A stretch of DNA of 61,243 nucleotides, filler included, from Nemertoderma westbladi (GCA_032718475.1; 3 parts of 3 records of this genome joined end to end with filler, not necessarily neighbours in it); one strand, 5' to 3'; numbered from the whole stretch's first letter, positions 27,922 to 42,929 are shown. The notes: a model not told the origin generated them from the sequence alone. A program made the numbers and translations.

Positions 27922-28504
27922 CTATACAGCTGGTCTCACTTTGTTCCACGGGGGGTTGAACTGAAAAATATAATTCGCTTCCGCATGTACTCTTGATTTG
28001 TTGTCCCGGAATTGGCGAAAAACCGTGATCCTAAAACTCTCCCAAGGGCACATACGGAAGTGTTCGCACAATAAAAACTCTGCTAGTTCATGGTAATCTT
28101 GGGGTGGTTGTTTCCTATACCCGTTTATGACCGATTTATGTTTAGATACTCTCTCGGCCAGCTTTTGCTCGGTCTGGCCAATATAAAAACCCCCCGGGTG
28201 GTCTTTGCACGTGATTGCATATAATACATTTGACGATACACACGAGAAAGAGCCCGTAACACGATCACCCCATGGTAGTACAGGAAGGTCAAACAAAAAC
28301 GGGCACGTAAGGCACCCCCCGCGTCCACATGGTGCGTTTCCCTGTCCTCTTGATGAGTCGCGTTTCACTATCAAGGAATTCCCCAAGTTTAGTCCACCTC
28401 TCTTCGTGACAATAACCTTAGCCCCTACCTCGGCTAAGGCGCGTTTGTTGTTGACCAACACAGTCTTTACGCACGGTCTAAAAGTTCCATCAATTTTGAA
28501 ATAA
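27922..28504 (-). mobile_element. Penelope-like element C-terminus with GIY-YIG endonuclease (cut by the gap)
   Basis: CGRGGCLTC...FSCVSSNVLYAITC...FYIGQT...LAERVSKH...HF...AEANYI...WN. Confidence 0.88.
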
Positions 28505-28604
28505 NNNNNNNNNNNNNNNNNNNNNNNNNNNNNNNNNNNNNNNNNNNNTTAATTAATTAANNNNNNNNNNNNNNNNNNNNNNNNNNNNNNNNNNNNNNNN
28601 NNNN
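28505..28604. other. Assembly gap with artificial linker
   Basis: 44 N + TTAATTAATTAA + 44 N; the 12-mer has stops in all six frames. Confidence 0.97.
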
Positions 28605-29078
28605 CAAAAACTAATACAGTAAGGCCTAAATTATGTGAAAGGTATATCCACATTTTCCACAATCCTGCAATCCAGTTTCGCCTATCAATTATTTAAAATT
28701 TATTAGCACAACCGGTAGGCCTACCATTACCGTATTTAAATGGTAGGCTACACAGTAGGCCTATAGCAGTACCAGTGCCGGTACCGGTACTAAAATACAG
28801 AAATACCTGCTTTATACCTACATCTGTACATACAATACAGCAAAATAGTGCTATATATATACTAACCGGTACTGATAGCCTGAGAGAACAGCAGTAGAGA
28901 AACCGGTAGCATGGAACCTAACATTAGACTTTTGGATGACATAAAAAATCAAAAAAAATTGACAAAAAAAGGATAAAAATGGACAATAAAAATTATTGCG
29001 TTGAGTGTAGAGGGCTTCCATTAAATGCTAACGTGTATTGTAACTGTACAATAGTACAATGTTAAGAATGCCACAGAA

Positions 29079-30573
29079 GATTTCAGGTCAAAATGTCGAA
29101 AGAGTCAAATTGTCGAACAGGTCAAAATGTCGAAAGAGTCAAGTTGTCGAACAGCCATGTCAAATTATCGAAAAAGCTTTCGACACAGACATGCCAAATT
29201 GTCGAAAGAGACATGCCAAATTGTCGAAAGAGACATGCCAAATTGTTAGAAATAGCCGGAAGCGTCCAATAGAAGCGTTCGATAGAGCCCTCCAATCTGT
29301 CGATATTAAGTACCAGGAGTATGGAGGACATGTAGCTGCCGAAATTAAGGGGAAACCATCTGCTGGGTACGGCTTCGTGTGCTGCTTCGAAACCGAGTGC
29401 ATGGTGTGGTGGGTGGAGAGCCCCATGTTTTAGGATACGCTCTGATGAAGGGACAATCGGAAGGAAGCTACATCAGGACGTTTACTGCTTTAAGATATAA
29501 CATTTATCATCTTTGCGGTGAAGGTGGCAGAATTAATACAGCTAAGTGGCTTTTCGATTTCGAACTTGCAGTAATAAATGCTTGCAATATAGTTTTCCCA
29601 ATGGTGACCATGTTAGGTTGTGCTTTTCATTTCGCTAAGGCCATAAACGAGAAGCGAGACAGCCTTGGCCTCAAAGGTGTTTGTGTTGAAGATACAGCAG
29701 AGGGTAAAACTGTAGTAAAGTATTGGTTCAAAGAGAGTCGTTCTTTACCATTCCTTCCTGATGGGTATCGCTATCGGGTTGTCTATACTCTGATCAATGA
29801 ACAGCTACCAAACCTGTCCGCTTTAACAGCCAATAAAGTTTTCCAATATCGACAATATTTCATTGGATTTTGGCTTCGGCAGGATGTATTCATCAGATGG
29901 GGACAGTTCGGAAATACCGGCCCTAGGACCAGCAACTTTGCTGAAGGTTTCCACAATGGGCTTCATTCCCGGCTCACCAGCCTCCATCCGTGCCTTGGAG
30001 AGATCCTGGAATTTTTCCAGTTAAATCAACATACTTCCCAGCAGCGCATGAAGGCCTTGCTAGAACCGAATACTATTGCTGTTCCCAAACCAAAGTCTCC
30101 ACATATCCAGATACGGGACCAACGCTTGGTTGAGGAGATGGGGCGATTCGCAAACTACATGGATTTATGACCTAATAACATTTATTATAATGACTGTAAG
30201 ATGTACATGCGTTGTTTGATGGTCATTGGACTGGTACCCCAGGCTTTAGAGGGGTAATGCCCAATGGTCAGCTAGTCAAGATAACTCTTACTGTATAGGC
30301 CTATATTGCCCATTGCTATTGAGATATTATACACAATTCGTTAGCCATATCAATTATCAGGTTTCCAATTTCTCAGGTTCAACAATTTAGTATCAAAATT
30401 CAAAAGTATCTAAAAAAGGATAAACGCCATATTGTCGAAAGGGGTGCGCCATATTGTCGAAAACAAATTCGACATTTTGACATGCCCAAAAACGTTTTTG
30501 ACAATTTTACTCTACTTTTCGACAATTTGTCTCTTTCGACATTTTGGCTCTTTCGACATTTTGACCATAAGCC
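29079..30573 (+). mobile_element. Internally deleted MULE (Mutator-like) DNA transposon
   Basis: TIR cores GGTCAAAATGTCGAAAGAG / CTCTTTCGACATTTTGACC with sub-repeats. 8-bp TSD CCACAGAA at 29071-29078 and 30574-30581. Confidence 0.88.
29379..30170 (+). pseudogene. MULE transposase, C-terminal part
   Basis: GYALM...SY...FDFELAVINA...FP...GCAFHF...RTSNFAEGFHN. The first catalytic Asp region and N-terminus are missing. Confidence 0.85.
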
Positions 30574-31619
30574 CCACAGAATAGGAGGACCCTTAGTAGT
30601 CAACTGGAGCGGCAGCCAATGTCGTAAATATTCATTCCAGAACAGGTATTTTTTTTTTACATGAACATTACAGACAAGGAGACACATAGTATATATGGAT
30701 GAGTTGTTGATTCTATATTGGTTGTCTGATTCGACGGCTGGGGTATCCCATCCCAGTAATACAATAAGGGCTTCTTCCATCTAATAATGATTAACACACT
30801 ACAATATATACTGTAGTATTATTTTGCGTGGCTTGTGTTATGGGCGCATTACTCAATATTACTGTATTTAGTGTAATGTGAGTAAGTGTAGGCCTACTGT
30901 GCCCTGCCTGGAGGTTCGTAGTTGGTTGTGAGGGACTCTTTATTTATATTATTTTCAAATTAGCTGTTATTATTGCTATTTTTTTCAATAAAATATTTAA
31001 AAATAATTTAAGGAGGAGAAATTATATATGGTATAATACGAAATTAATAAAATAATAAATACTACAATGAGTGGAAGATCGTTTGAGAAAGACGTTTGGT
31101 TACACGAAGCGGCTGAAAAAGATGCAAGCGAAGTAAAAGCTGAGAAGTATTACACTATTAATTGGTGCTACTCAAATTGAAATTAGTGCACCCATTACTG
31201 AACCGCCGCCACCACGCTACTACCGAGACTGAGACTCCTGAACAACATTCAACTACGAACTACATCACCATAAATTTCGCAAATCTCTGCTAATTCCGAA
31301 CCTGATCTTTCAATCATGGTGCGGTTGAGGTACAACGCTTAGCCATGAAATGGGTACAGTCAGAGTCAATATAAACATAATTTTCAGCCAAGGTCTGTAA
31401 AGAAGGCACACTTTTTGAGGGGCATCAAATTGTCCTTTGGCTTATGGCCTCACCATATGGGTATGGGTGGGTATGTATCTGAGCCCCTTCCGCAAACATC
31501 GGTACAATAACGATAAACCATTTGATAATAATTTTTATAAAAATTAAACTTGCCGAGCCGCTCCGGTTATTTATTACACCCAATATTTTACTGGGTAAAA
31601 TTCGCAATTCATAAAAAAC

Positions 31620-31869
31620 AGATAAGGAGGGGGGGGGGGGAACTGGACGCAAATAATAATTAATCCCTTTCCAGGGGAAATTCGACGCAACTAACAGATG
31701 ATTACTCTAAAAAATAAAACTGTAACCTGTTATATTGTGTTTAGTTTATTGTTTTGGTTAAATTAACGTGCCACTGTAACCTGCTGCTTTCCCTAAATTG
31801 AGAATTTAACATTGAGGCGGGATATTAATTTGCCAAGGCGGGTTTTGCGTCCAGTTTTCCCCCCTGTCT
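31620..31869. mobile_element. MITE
   Basis: Inverted repeat (G)nAACTGGACGCAAA / TTTGCGTCCAGTTTT(C)n. Confidence 0.65.
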
Positions 31870-33513
31870 CATAAAAAAACACTATATTGACATTGCTTGC
31901 CTATCCTGTCTGTCTGTATTGAATATGGATCCTCGATATTAGACTTTGGGCCAACCGCCAACCACTTATTTAGTCCATCTGACAGGCTGACTGACTAAGC
32001 AAGCATCATCAATAATCACATGGACGACCTTTGGTATGCTATGCAATAATAATAGGCTGATACAATGCACACATTACACTACTATTCAACCAACGAAACA
32101 ATTAATGGAGAGGGGCCACCTCATTTAACAGATAGCAGCTGCGAAGAACAACCAATGAGAGACCTCGCTGTTTCATAACATAATCAGATAATAGCCAGGC
32201 AGGACGAGACGAGACCAGTATAAATTGGCACACAAAACCAGAGTAGATACTAATGCTGACTCATTCACACTTAATGTCTAATAGTTCGGTTTTAATACCT
32301 TTATACCTTTTTGAAAGAGTCATTAGGTAGGCAATCGTGACTCCATATAATACTGTACATACAAACAAGAAACAATACAATAATACTCTAGTTTAGCATT
32401 TGATCAACGGCAACGCAATGATGCAAGGATTTATTCTAACATTAGTCTATCCTTGTATCAACTACTGTATAATTTTATAATATAAATATCGATTCTTTTT
32501 TATTGGCATCACTGTATCATTGCTGTAGTTAGACACATGTTTGTTGTTGTGTAATACAGTATAGTATACTGCTCACTCTTATTGAGATTACTTCATATGC
32601 TGTAATGAAGCTCCGGATATATACAGTAGGTTTATAAATACTGTATAAGCACTACATCGAAGTTCTTTATTTAGATAAGCTTTGAGGTAAAACTGTAACG
32701 CAATTGCAATTCGCAATTTCTAATATTGTAAATAGTAGGTCCTGCGTCCTGGCCTTTCATCCTAAATCAATTACAGTACATATGTATTGCTATTGTTGCT
32801 ATTGCAGTGCAGTAATATGCGCATACGGTATTGCTAATTCCCTATTAATTGTGTATACAGTACAATAACTATGGGAGTAATCAGTAAATGTATAATCTAA
32901 TGACTTTTAGAACAGATGCACTTTGCTGCTTTGAGACACACACTGTATTCGTATCGTATCGTATCCAAGGCGAGGTAGGTACGCCTTGATCATTTTTGAT
33001 TTCTTTATTTTTTTCACATTTTCCACCACAAATATTGCATTACAAGTGGTGTGGTGGCGTGGAATAGGAGTTTTATAGATAGTAAGAATACTATCAGATG
33101 TCATGTTGAGGGCCTATGATCCATAATAACATAACAGTATACATTAGCTCTATGAACGCAGATTAGTAGACCATCTTCTGAATTAGACTGTCGTTTAGCA
33201 ACTAAATAAACATTCCCCGTACTTCAGTGAGGGTAAGGTACATGAGGTCCCAGACCCCGCATGGCTGCATTGTTCATGCAGTCAGGGTACAGTGGTACTG
33301 GTACAGTGGTAGGCTTACCGCCAGACCGCTGTGCTGTTGCTGTACTGGTAATACTGTTTGCACCCCCACCCCGTCCAAATCACATATTTTTTCTACTAAA
33401 TTTAAATCTAAGCAGGCCTATTTCAGTATTTCAAATGTTTTTAAGTTTTAATTTACCCATAAATACCGGTACCGGTACTGAAATAGGTTGTTATTACCAT
33501 TTCTGCATTTTGA

Positions 33514-34320
<807 letters not shown>

Positions 34321-34607
34321 GTCAGTAGTACCTCTACCGGCACCGGTACCGGTAATGACTCACTGACTCTAGGTTTTTGTTTTTGTGCTCGTAGACCATT
34401 TGTGTTGGTTAAATAACTACAGTTTGTTAAATTTCGACCTAGCCGCGGAACCGTAAACCGTAGTTTAACCTTCACCTTTAGTTCCATCATCCTCGTTATT
34501 AGTTATGCAAACTCATTACTTTTTTGTGCTTTATTTCCACATAGAGATATAGAATGTACATTTATTAGAATTATTAGTCGTTTAGACTCTTGATTTTGAT
34601 TTATTAG

Positions 34608-35981
34608 TAGTGTTGAGAACTGAATCAATTTTGACTAATTTCAGTTACAGTTACAGTTTCAGTATTCAAAGTTTTGCATTTCAGTTACAGTTACAGTTTC
34701 AGTATTCAAAGTTTTGCATTTCAGTTACAGTTGCAGTTTCAGTATTCAAAGTTTTGCATTTCAGTTACAGTTACAGTTTCAGTATTACAAAGTGTAACAT
34801 TTCAGTTACAGTTACAGTTTCAGTATTACAAAATTGAGCATTTCAGTTTCAGTTATAGATTCAATATATATGATCTCACGTAGTAAGCAGTCATCTGAAA
34901 CTAAAAATGAGGCACTTTAATATATTACTGTAATATACGCTAATAATAATGTTCATTACGAAACGTCCTCTTTCTAGAGCTAATAGGTAGTTGTTGTAGG
35001 AAAGTTGGACCCACTCTATGGTAATACTTTGTAACTAATATACTAATAGTATGTAATGAAAGTGGCACGTCACAAGATCACACTAAAGGCACCCACATTT
35101 TACTGTACATCTTGTTTCAGTGCTTGTACACTTATTGTTATCATTTATTGTTTTGGTTATAAAGCCATGGTTCTGAATCCTGCTCATTTTCCTTAATTCG
35201 TAATTTGTTTTAGTAATCATATATTTATTGTTTTGGTTAGACCCACCTCGATAAGCTGCTCCTTTCACTTTTAAGTTTAATTTTGTAATTTATAATGGTA
35301 AACTTGATCCAAATTTAATTTACAGTGTGCCTCTAGTGTGATTGTGATATTAATAGTACCGGTAAAAACATTAATAATTAATAATGTAAAATCCGTTAAT
35401 ATCCCTCTACCATTAGGCCTAACTTTTCTTTGTTTATCTAAAACATTTACATTTAATATGAAGCCAAAGTGGTGATAAGGCTGATAATAGTCTAATAGTT
35501 GAGCCAGATAAACATAGACTATATGCTACTGTAGATCTTCGTTCACTAACTTGACTCGCCAAATAAATCACATTTGAGCTAAGTGGACAATGGGTCTTTG
35601 ATTTTATATTGTGTAATATTATGGTTTTGTTCAGAAGTGGAAAAAACGAGATTGTTTTTTTTATAACAATGTTTTAAAAATGATACCTATGGTAACCACT
35701 GTTATTCATTTATTAAACTATACTCTATACTTTATTACAATACTGTTTTAAATGCTCATTCATGTTAATTGTGTGATTGAGAACTGAATCGGATTTTGTT
35801 AATTTCAGTTTCAGTTTCAGTTACAGTATTCAAAATACGTAATTACAGTTTCAGTTACAGTTACAGTATTCAAAGTTCGCAATTACAGTTACAGTTATAG
35901 TTACAGTATCAAAAAAATCATCAAAACCATTCAGTTACAGTTGCAGTTACAGTATAATTACAGTTACAGTTCTCAACACTA
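34608..35981. mobile_element. Non-autonomous hAT-type element (1374 bp)
   Basis: TIR TAGTGTTGAGAACTG / CAGTTCTCAACACTA. 8-bp TSD TTTATTAG at 34600-34607 and 35982-35989. Subterminal arrays of CAGTTA-rich repeats of about 41 bp. Confidence 0.9.
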
Positions 35982-37387
35982 TTTATTAGGTTAACTAAAT
36001 TGCTCGGGGAAGCCAATCTGATCCGAAAGAATCCACGACGTTTAATTAGCGGTTCATCTACAAACAATAGTTTACGCACTAAACTTCGTTAATTATCGCT
36101 TCAGCATTCATTTTAGGTTAATATTTTGGTAATACTCACTAGTGTTTGTATTAATGTTGTATCATCCATCACCTCTTATTCACACAAGATAGAAACCGTT
36201 TCGCAAACTAGTTACCTTTATCCTAGACCTCTTTCGCTATGTTTATCATTTAGTTACGTAAGTTTCTCACAGGGTTTTGCTGCCGTCATTTGCGTCATTC
36301 ATATAGAAACCAGCCGATTTCGAGAAAAATTAATTTTTGAGTTATGTATCCCATAAGACACGCAACTTAATTATGTTCTCATTATTGAAGGGATCTAGAC
36401 TGTAACACAATGTCTGTCTGTTTGTCTGTTAAAAAATAGAAGTATAGTAGCTTCTAAAATTTCGTTTGTAGGGGTTTATTGATCGGAAAAAATCATTTCT
36501 GATGTCAGTGTTCATGTTTGGAGAGCTCTAGACTATATGTATGTCTGTCTGTCTCATTCTCGGTCTGTCTGTCCATCTGTAAAATAAATAAAGAAGCTTG
36601 TATGTATATGTTTTTCTCGTTGTGGAGTTTTTCCCTGGTCGGTGAAATTAATTTCCAACTTGTTTTAATACTTTACTCTGCTAGTATACTTCTTTATTTT
36701 TTTATCGGACAGACAGATATACCCACAATCCGACAGACATACAAACAGTCAGAGTCAATCAAACATGTAAACTGAAATGGGAAATTAAATTACTTACATA
36801 CTACGAAAACTCTATAACGAAAATTTTAAGTCAGCTAGTGAGCATTATAATTTTTTGACAGACAGACTGACAGACCGAAAGACCTCCGATCCAGTCCGAC
36901 AGATAAACGAAGGGTCTAGTTTTTTTCAAACATCTAGTTTCTTTATTCTCCATTTTCTCAAAATAAATGACCGTAATCGGCTTGTTTCTGTAATATATTC
37001 AGGTATACTTACAGATAACCGCACATATTATAGATATTACGGTGTTGTATAATAATTATTATCATTGATATTCACAAGTTTTCAGTTATAATTATTAAAT
37101 ATAGAGTTACAATCATTTACCTACCATTTTCAATACACAGGTCCATCAAAGTGTCCTGTTATTAGTGGATTTAATGCTTTAATTATTTACATCTTTGTGT
37201 GAACAGTAGCACTTTTCACTTTCACCGTTATGACCCGAGTTTAACATGTAAGGAGCGAGCGCAGCGAGGGAGGTTTACATATATATAAAAAGTTCTTTAA
37301 CGCTGAATAGTAGTTACTTATCACAACCATGGTATACCTAATTTTGTTACATAATTATGGCCTAATTTTATCAGCGTTCTGAACGCT

Positions 37388-37448
37388 TAATTAAACTCTG
37401 TTAATTAAACACTGTTAATTAAATTCTGTTAATTAAACTCTGTTAATT
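37388..37448. repeat. 14-bp minisatellite (AAACTCTGTTAATT) x4
   Basis: Direct tandem copies are visible. Confidence 0.8.
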
Positions 37449-37944
37449 TCTAATGTTAAGGAATATTGCTGAAATTCATATCCACCATTAATGCAATTAA
37501 TTGCCACAGTTTCTGTAACAACTTTACAGTAAATATTCTTACACTTAGCTACAATGGCTATCATCAATGGAGAATACTCAAGGCGTGTTCTAGAAGTTTA
37601 TGGTTACTAAGTTAGTGTTTACTTTGCAGCGTCCCGTCTTAAAGATCACAATGCTGCAAAGTGGTTCTTTGCAGCTTTGCGAGATTATCCCAGAGTGCTG
37701 AAAAGTTGACTTAGTAGGCCTAGCTAGGCAAAAAATGTCAAGTTCGTTGAGAACACCACGATGAAAATTGCGGTGTTTTCCGCTTACTTTTTTTTTAATA
37801 TCGAATATTAGTCATTTCCTCTCACCAACCCTATTATTTTAACACTTAACGCCCTTTAGATAATAACAACACTACGGGGACTCTGTGTAACTACGGTAAC
37901 ACAATAAATTATGAAATCGCACCCTGGGGCCAGGAAAAGTTATT

Positions 37945-38030
37945 AGTGGATGTACCATTACGATGTGATTGTTAGTGGCTGTACCATTACGATGTGATTG
38001 TCAGTGGCTGTGGCATTACGATGTGATTGT
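37945..38030. repeat. 29-bp tandem repeat x3
   Basis: AGTGGCTGTACCATTACGATGTGATTGTY repeated three times. Confidence 0.8.
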
Positions 38031-38418
38031 ATCAGACGCACAACGTCTGTCCAGGTGCTTGGGGCGCTTCTTTAATTGCGTAATGATTTCAACCAGCCAA
38101 GTAAACTTTATAACATCCATTTTCCCTATATTCCTTGAGATTTTGATAAAACATCATCGCGCCAATGTCTATAGCCAGCGGGAATAATATTGAAATCTAC
38201 TAAAAGCATCAATACAAACAGTATTATTTAACAATGTGTAGCGCCACTATCTGATAATCCTTGAATTAGGTGTGTGTATGGGATTATAATTAGGCCTACA
38301 GTAGTTCACCTCTATTATTGAGAATTATAATTATTTTTCCTTTCATATATATTCATTTTTTTCATTCATACAGCATACATTCATATTTTTATAATATAAT
38401 TTCTAGCTAAATAAACTT

Positions 38419-41400
38419 AGCTGAGGTGAAGCAGAGCGGTTCAACTGAGGTGAAGCAGAGCGGTTCAACTGAGACGAAGCAGAGTGGTTGAACTGAAGTG
38501 AAGCAGAGCGGTTCAACTGAGGTGAAGCAGAGCGGTTCAACTGAGGTGAAGCAGAGCGGTTCAGCTGAGGTGAAGCAGAGCGGTTCAGCTGAGGTGAAAC
38601 AGAGCGGTTCAGCTGAGGTGAAACAGAGCGGTTCAGCTGAGGTGAAACAGAGCGGTTCAGCTGAGGTGAAGCAGAGCGGTTCAGCTGAGGTGAAGCAGAG
38701 CGGTTCAGCTGAGGTGAAACAGAGCGGTTCAGCTGAGGTGAAGCAGAACGGTTCAGCTGAGGTGAAGCAGAGCGGTTCAGCTGAGGTGAAGCAGAGCGGT
38801 TCAGCTGAGGTGAAACAGAGCGGTTCAGCTGAGGTGAAGCAGAGCGGTTCAGCTGAGGTGAAGCAGAGCGGTTCAGCTGAGGTGAAGCAGAGCGGTTCAG
38901 CTGAGGTGAAGCAGAGCGGTTCAGCTGAGGTGAAGCAGAGCGGTTCAGCTGAGGTGAAACAGAGCGGTTCAGCTGAGGTGAAGCAGAGCGGTTCAGCTGA
39001 GGTGAAGCAGAGCGGTTCATCTGAGGTAAAGCAGAGCGGTTCAGCTGAGGTGAAGCAGAGCGGTTCAGCTGAGGTGAAACAGAGCGGTTTAGCTGAGGTG
39101 AAACAGAGCGGTTCAGCTGAGGTGAAGCAGAGCGGTTCAGCTGAGGTGAAGCAGAGCGGTTCAGCTGAGGTGAAACAGAGCGGTTCAGCTGAGGTGAAGC
39201 AGAGCGGTTCAGCTGAGGTGAAACAGAGCGGTTCAGCTGAGGTGAAGCAGAGCGGTTCAGCTGAGGTGAAACAGAGCGGTTCAGCTGAGGTGAAGCAGAG
39301 CGGTTCAGCTGAGGTGAAGCAGAGCGGTTCAGCTGAGGTGAAGCAGAGCGGTTCAGCTGAGGTGAAGCAGAGCGGTTCAGCTGAGGTGAAACAGAGCGGT
39401 TCAGCTGAGGTGAAACAGAGCGGTTCAGCTGAGGTGAAGCAGAGCGGTTCAGCTGAGGTAAAGCAGAGCGGTTCATCTGAGGTAAAGCAGAGCGGTTCAG
39501 CTGAGGTGAAGCAGAGCGGTTCAGCTGAGGTGAAACAGAGCGGTTTAGCTGAGGTGAAACAGAGCGGTTCAGCTGAGGTGAAGCAGAGCGGTTCAGCTGA
39601 GGTGAAGCAGAGCGGTTCAGCTGAGGTGAAACAGAGCGGTTCAGCTGAGGTGAAGCAGAGCGGTTCAGCTGAGGTGAAACAGAGCGGTTCAGCTGAGGTG
39701 AAGCAGAGCGGTTCAGCTGAGGTGTAAGCAGAGCGGTTCATCTGAGGTAAAGCAGAGCGGTTCAGCTGAGGTGAAGCAGAGCGGTTCAGCTGAGGTGAAG
39801 CAGAGCGGTTCAGCTGAGGTGAAGCAGAGCGGTTCAGCTGAGGTGAAACAGAGCGGTTCAGCTGAGGTGAAGCAGAGCGGTTCAGCTGAGGTAAAGCAGA
39901 GCGGTTCATCTGAGGTAAAGCAGAGCGGTTCAGCTGAGGTGAAGCAGAGCGGTTCAGCTGAGGTGAAGCAGAGCGGTTCAGCTGAGGTGAAGCAGAGCGG
40001 TTCAGCTGAGGTGAAGCAGAGCGGTTCATCTGAGGTAAAGCAGAGCGGTTCAGCTGAGGTGAAGCAGAGCGGTTCAGCTGAGGTGAAGCAGAGCGGTTCA
40101 GCTGAGGTGAAGCAGAGCGGTTCAGCTGAGGTGAAGCAGAGCGGTTCAGCTGAGGTGAAGCAGAGCGGTTCAGCTGAGGTGAATCAGAGCGGTTCAGCTG
40201 AGGTGAAGCAGAGCGGTTCAGCTGAGGTGAAACAGAGCGGTTCAGCTGAGGTGAAGCAGAGCGGTTCAGCTGAGGTGAAACAGAGCGGTTCAGCTGAGGT
40301 GAAGCAGAGCGGTTCAGCTGAGGTGAAGCAGAGCGGTTCAGCTGAGGTGAAACAGAGCGGTTCAGCTGAGGTGAAGCAGAGCGGTTCAGCTGAGGTGAAG
40401 CAGAGCGGTTCAGCTGAGGTGAAGCAGAGCGGTTCAGCTGAGGTGTAAGCAGAGCGGTTCATCTGAGGTAAAGCAGAGCGGTTCAGCTGAGGTGAAGCAG
40501 AGCGGTTCAGCTGAGGTGAAGCAGAGCGGTTCAGCTGAGGTGAAGCAGAGCGGTTCAGCTGAGGTGAAGCAGAGCGGTTCAGCTGAGGTGAAGCAGAGCG
40601 GTTCAGCTGAGGTGAAGCAGAGCGGTTCAGCTGAGGTGAAGCAGAGCGGTTCAGCTGAGGTGAAGCAGAGCGGTTCAGCTGAGGTGAAGCAGAGCGGTTC
40701 AGCTGAGGTGAAACAGAGCGGTTCAGCTGAGGTGAAGCAGAGCGGTTCAGCTGAGGTGAAGCAGAGCAGTTCAGCTGAGGTGAAGCAGAGCGGTTCAGCT
40801 GAGGTGAAGCAGAGCGGTTCAGCTGAGGTGAAGCAGAGCGGTTCAGCTGAGGTGAAGCAGAGCGGTTCAGCTGAGGTGAAGCAGAGCGGTTCAGCTGAGG
40901 TGAAGCAGAGCGGTTCAGCTGAGGTGAAGCAGAGCGGTTCAGCTGAGGTGAAGCAGAGCGGTTCAGCTGAGGTGAAGCAGAGCGGTTCAGCTGAGGTGAA
41001 GCAGAGCGGTTCAGCTGAGGTGAAGCAGAGCGGTTCAGCTGAGGTGAAACAGAGCGGTTCAGCTGAGGTGAAACAGAGCGGTTCAGCTGAGGTGAAACAG
41101 AGCGGTTCAGCTGAGGTGAAACAGAGCGGTTCAGCTGAGGTGAAACAGAGCGGTTCAGCTGAGGTGAAACAGAGCGGTTCAGCTGAGGTGAAACAGAGCG
41201 GTTCAGCTGAGGTGAAACAGAGCGGTTCAGCTGAGGTGAAACAGAGCGGTTCAGCTGAGGTGAAACAGAGCGGTTCAGCTGAGGTGAAACAGAGCGGTTC
41301 AGCTGAGGTGAAACAGAGCGGTTCAGCTGAGGTGAAACAGAGCGGTTCAGCTGAGGTGAAGCAGAGCGGTTCAGCTGAGGTGAAACAGAGCGGTTCAGCT

Positions 41401-41858
41401 GAGGTGAAGCAGAGCGGTTCAGCTGAGGTGAAACAGAGCGGTTCAGAGCTGAGGTGAAACAGAGCGGTTCAGCTGAGGTGAAACAGAGCGGTTCAGCTGA
41501 GGTGAAACAGAGCGGTTCAGCTGAGGTGAAACAGAGCGGTTCAGCTGAGGTGAAGCAGAGCGGTTCAGCTGAGGTGAAACAGAGCGGTTCAGCTGAGGTG
41601 AAACAGAGCGGTTCAGCTGAGGTGAAACAGAGCGGTTCAGCTGAGGTGAAACAGAGCGGTTCAGCTGAGGTGAAACAGAGCGGTTCAGCTGAGGTGAAAC
41701 AGAGCGGTTCAGCTGAGGTGAAGCAGAGCGGTTCAGCTGAGGTGAAACAGAGCGGTTCAGCTGAGGTGAAACAGAGCGGTTCAGCTGAGGTGAAGCAGAG
41801 CGGTTCAGCTGCGGTGAAGCAGAGCGGTTCAGCTGAGGTGAAGCAGAGCGGTTCAACT
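38419..41858. repeat. 24-bp satellite array, about 143 copies
   Basis: Unit AGCTGAGGTGAA(G/A)CAGAGCGGTTC, head-to-tail with no spacers. Confidence 0.98.
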
Positions 41859-42929
41859 CGAAAAATTACCTCATTTTTATGATTACAAGTTGTGGGAATG
41901 TGTAGACCAAATCTTGAACAAATTTACCAACTGTAGGCCTATAATTTTTAAGTATACAATTAATTTTATCTTCTAGTAGATAATAATAAATTTCCATGAA
42001 AGAACAGACTGAAAATGCCGCTATTTACTGCAATTAGCATTATTAACTAATTAACTGCTTTGATATTAGGTTCTCGTTCTCGTCTCTAAGTCCACACGTA
42101 AATTCTGCTTGGAAAATTTCTAAACGTTTGCTAGACTACACGTGTAGTGTACCAGGCTTGATTAGATTTCATCGAGGATTGACCGATTTATTGACCGATA
42201 CTGTATGGATGCTCGGAACTTGATAAGCCTAATATTGCAGAGATATCGCTACAACTTCATAAAGCAATGAGAACTATATGTGCAATAGGAAACTATGTTT
42301 CTAATGGAATTCTATGTAAACTCTTTGGTATGATCAACCTGGAAGATTTCCTATACTTCAAAACTGCGTCATTTACCTACAGCATCTTAAATTGTCCTAA
42401 TAGAAAGGTTCTTTTCTTCTTTCATCATTTAATCTGTCTGCACCTTGCAGGTCTGTCTAGTGCTCAGATTTTTTTCCGTTATGGTGTCTCCGCATGGCAC
42501 CTCGGTTTACCAAGTTTGTCTTCTCTGAGTGTCTCTAGATACAGTTTCAAGGCCATACGGAATCGACATGGAAAATCTCAAGCCACCGAACTGAGTCCTG
42601 CTAGTCAGTATAAACTCTTTTTTATTGGTACCATACTGAGTTGCACCACTGGCTCACATGCAGCTCGCCATTTAGTGGTATTGGACTTTTATAATCTTTA
42701 TCAATAATAATAATACCCATAAAAGTATAAGTATAATAAATAATACTTAATCAATAATACTCCTAATGATATGGCATCTGATTAGGCTCAAAATCCAATA
42801 TTTCACTCTTCAATATCAGTATGGTGTTCTTCAATATCAATATTGCGAGTAATATCAATAATATTACATCATCATGCAATATTATTACACCTTAATGCAA
42901 TATATATTGAATATTCAATAATTAACAGA

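Noticed and set aside
36330-37300. Possible Helentron/DINE-like element (TGTC microsatellites, short inverted repeats, TTATGACCCGAG)
   Set aside because: Boundaries and diagnostic hairpins could not be defined by eye.
38419-41858. CRISPR array or repetitive protein gene (KQSGSAEV, SPQLNRSA, TSAEPLCF ORFs)
   Set aside because: No unique spacers and a eukaryotic context. The long ORFs follow from a stop-free 24-mer, are broken by 1-2 bp insertions and lack unique coding flanks.
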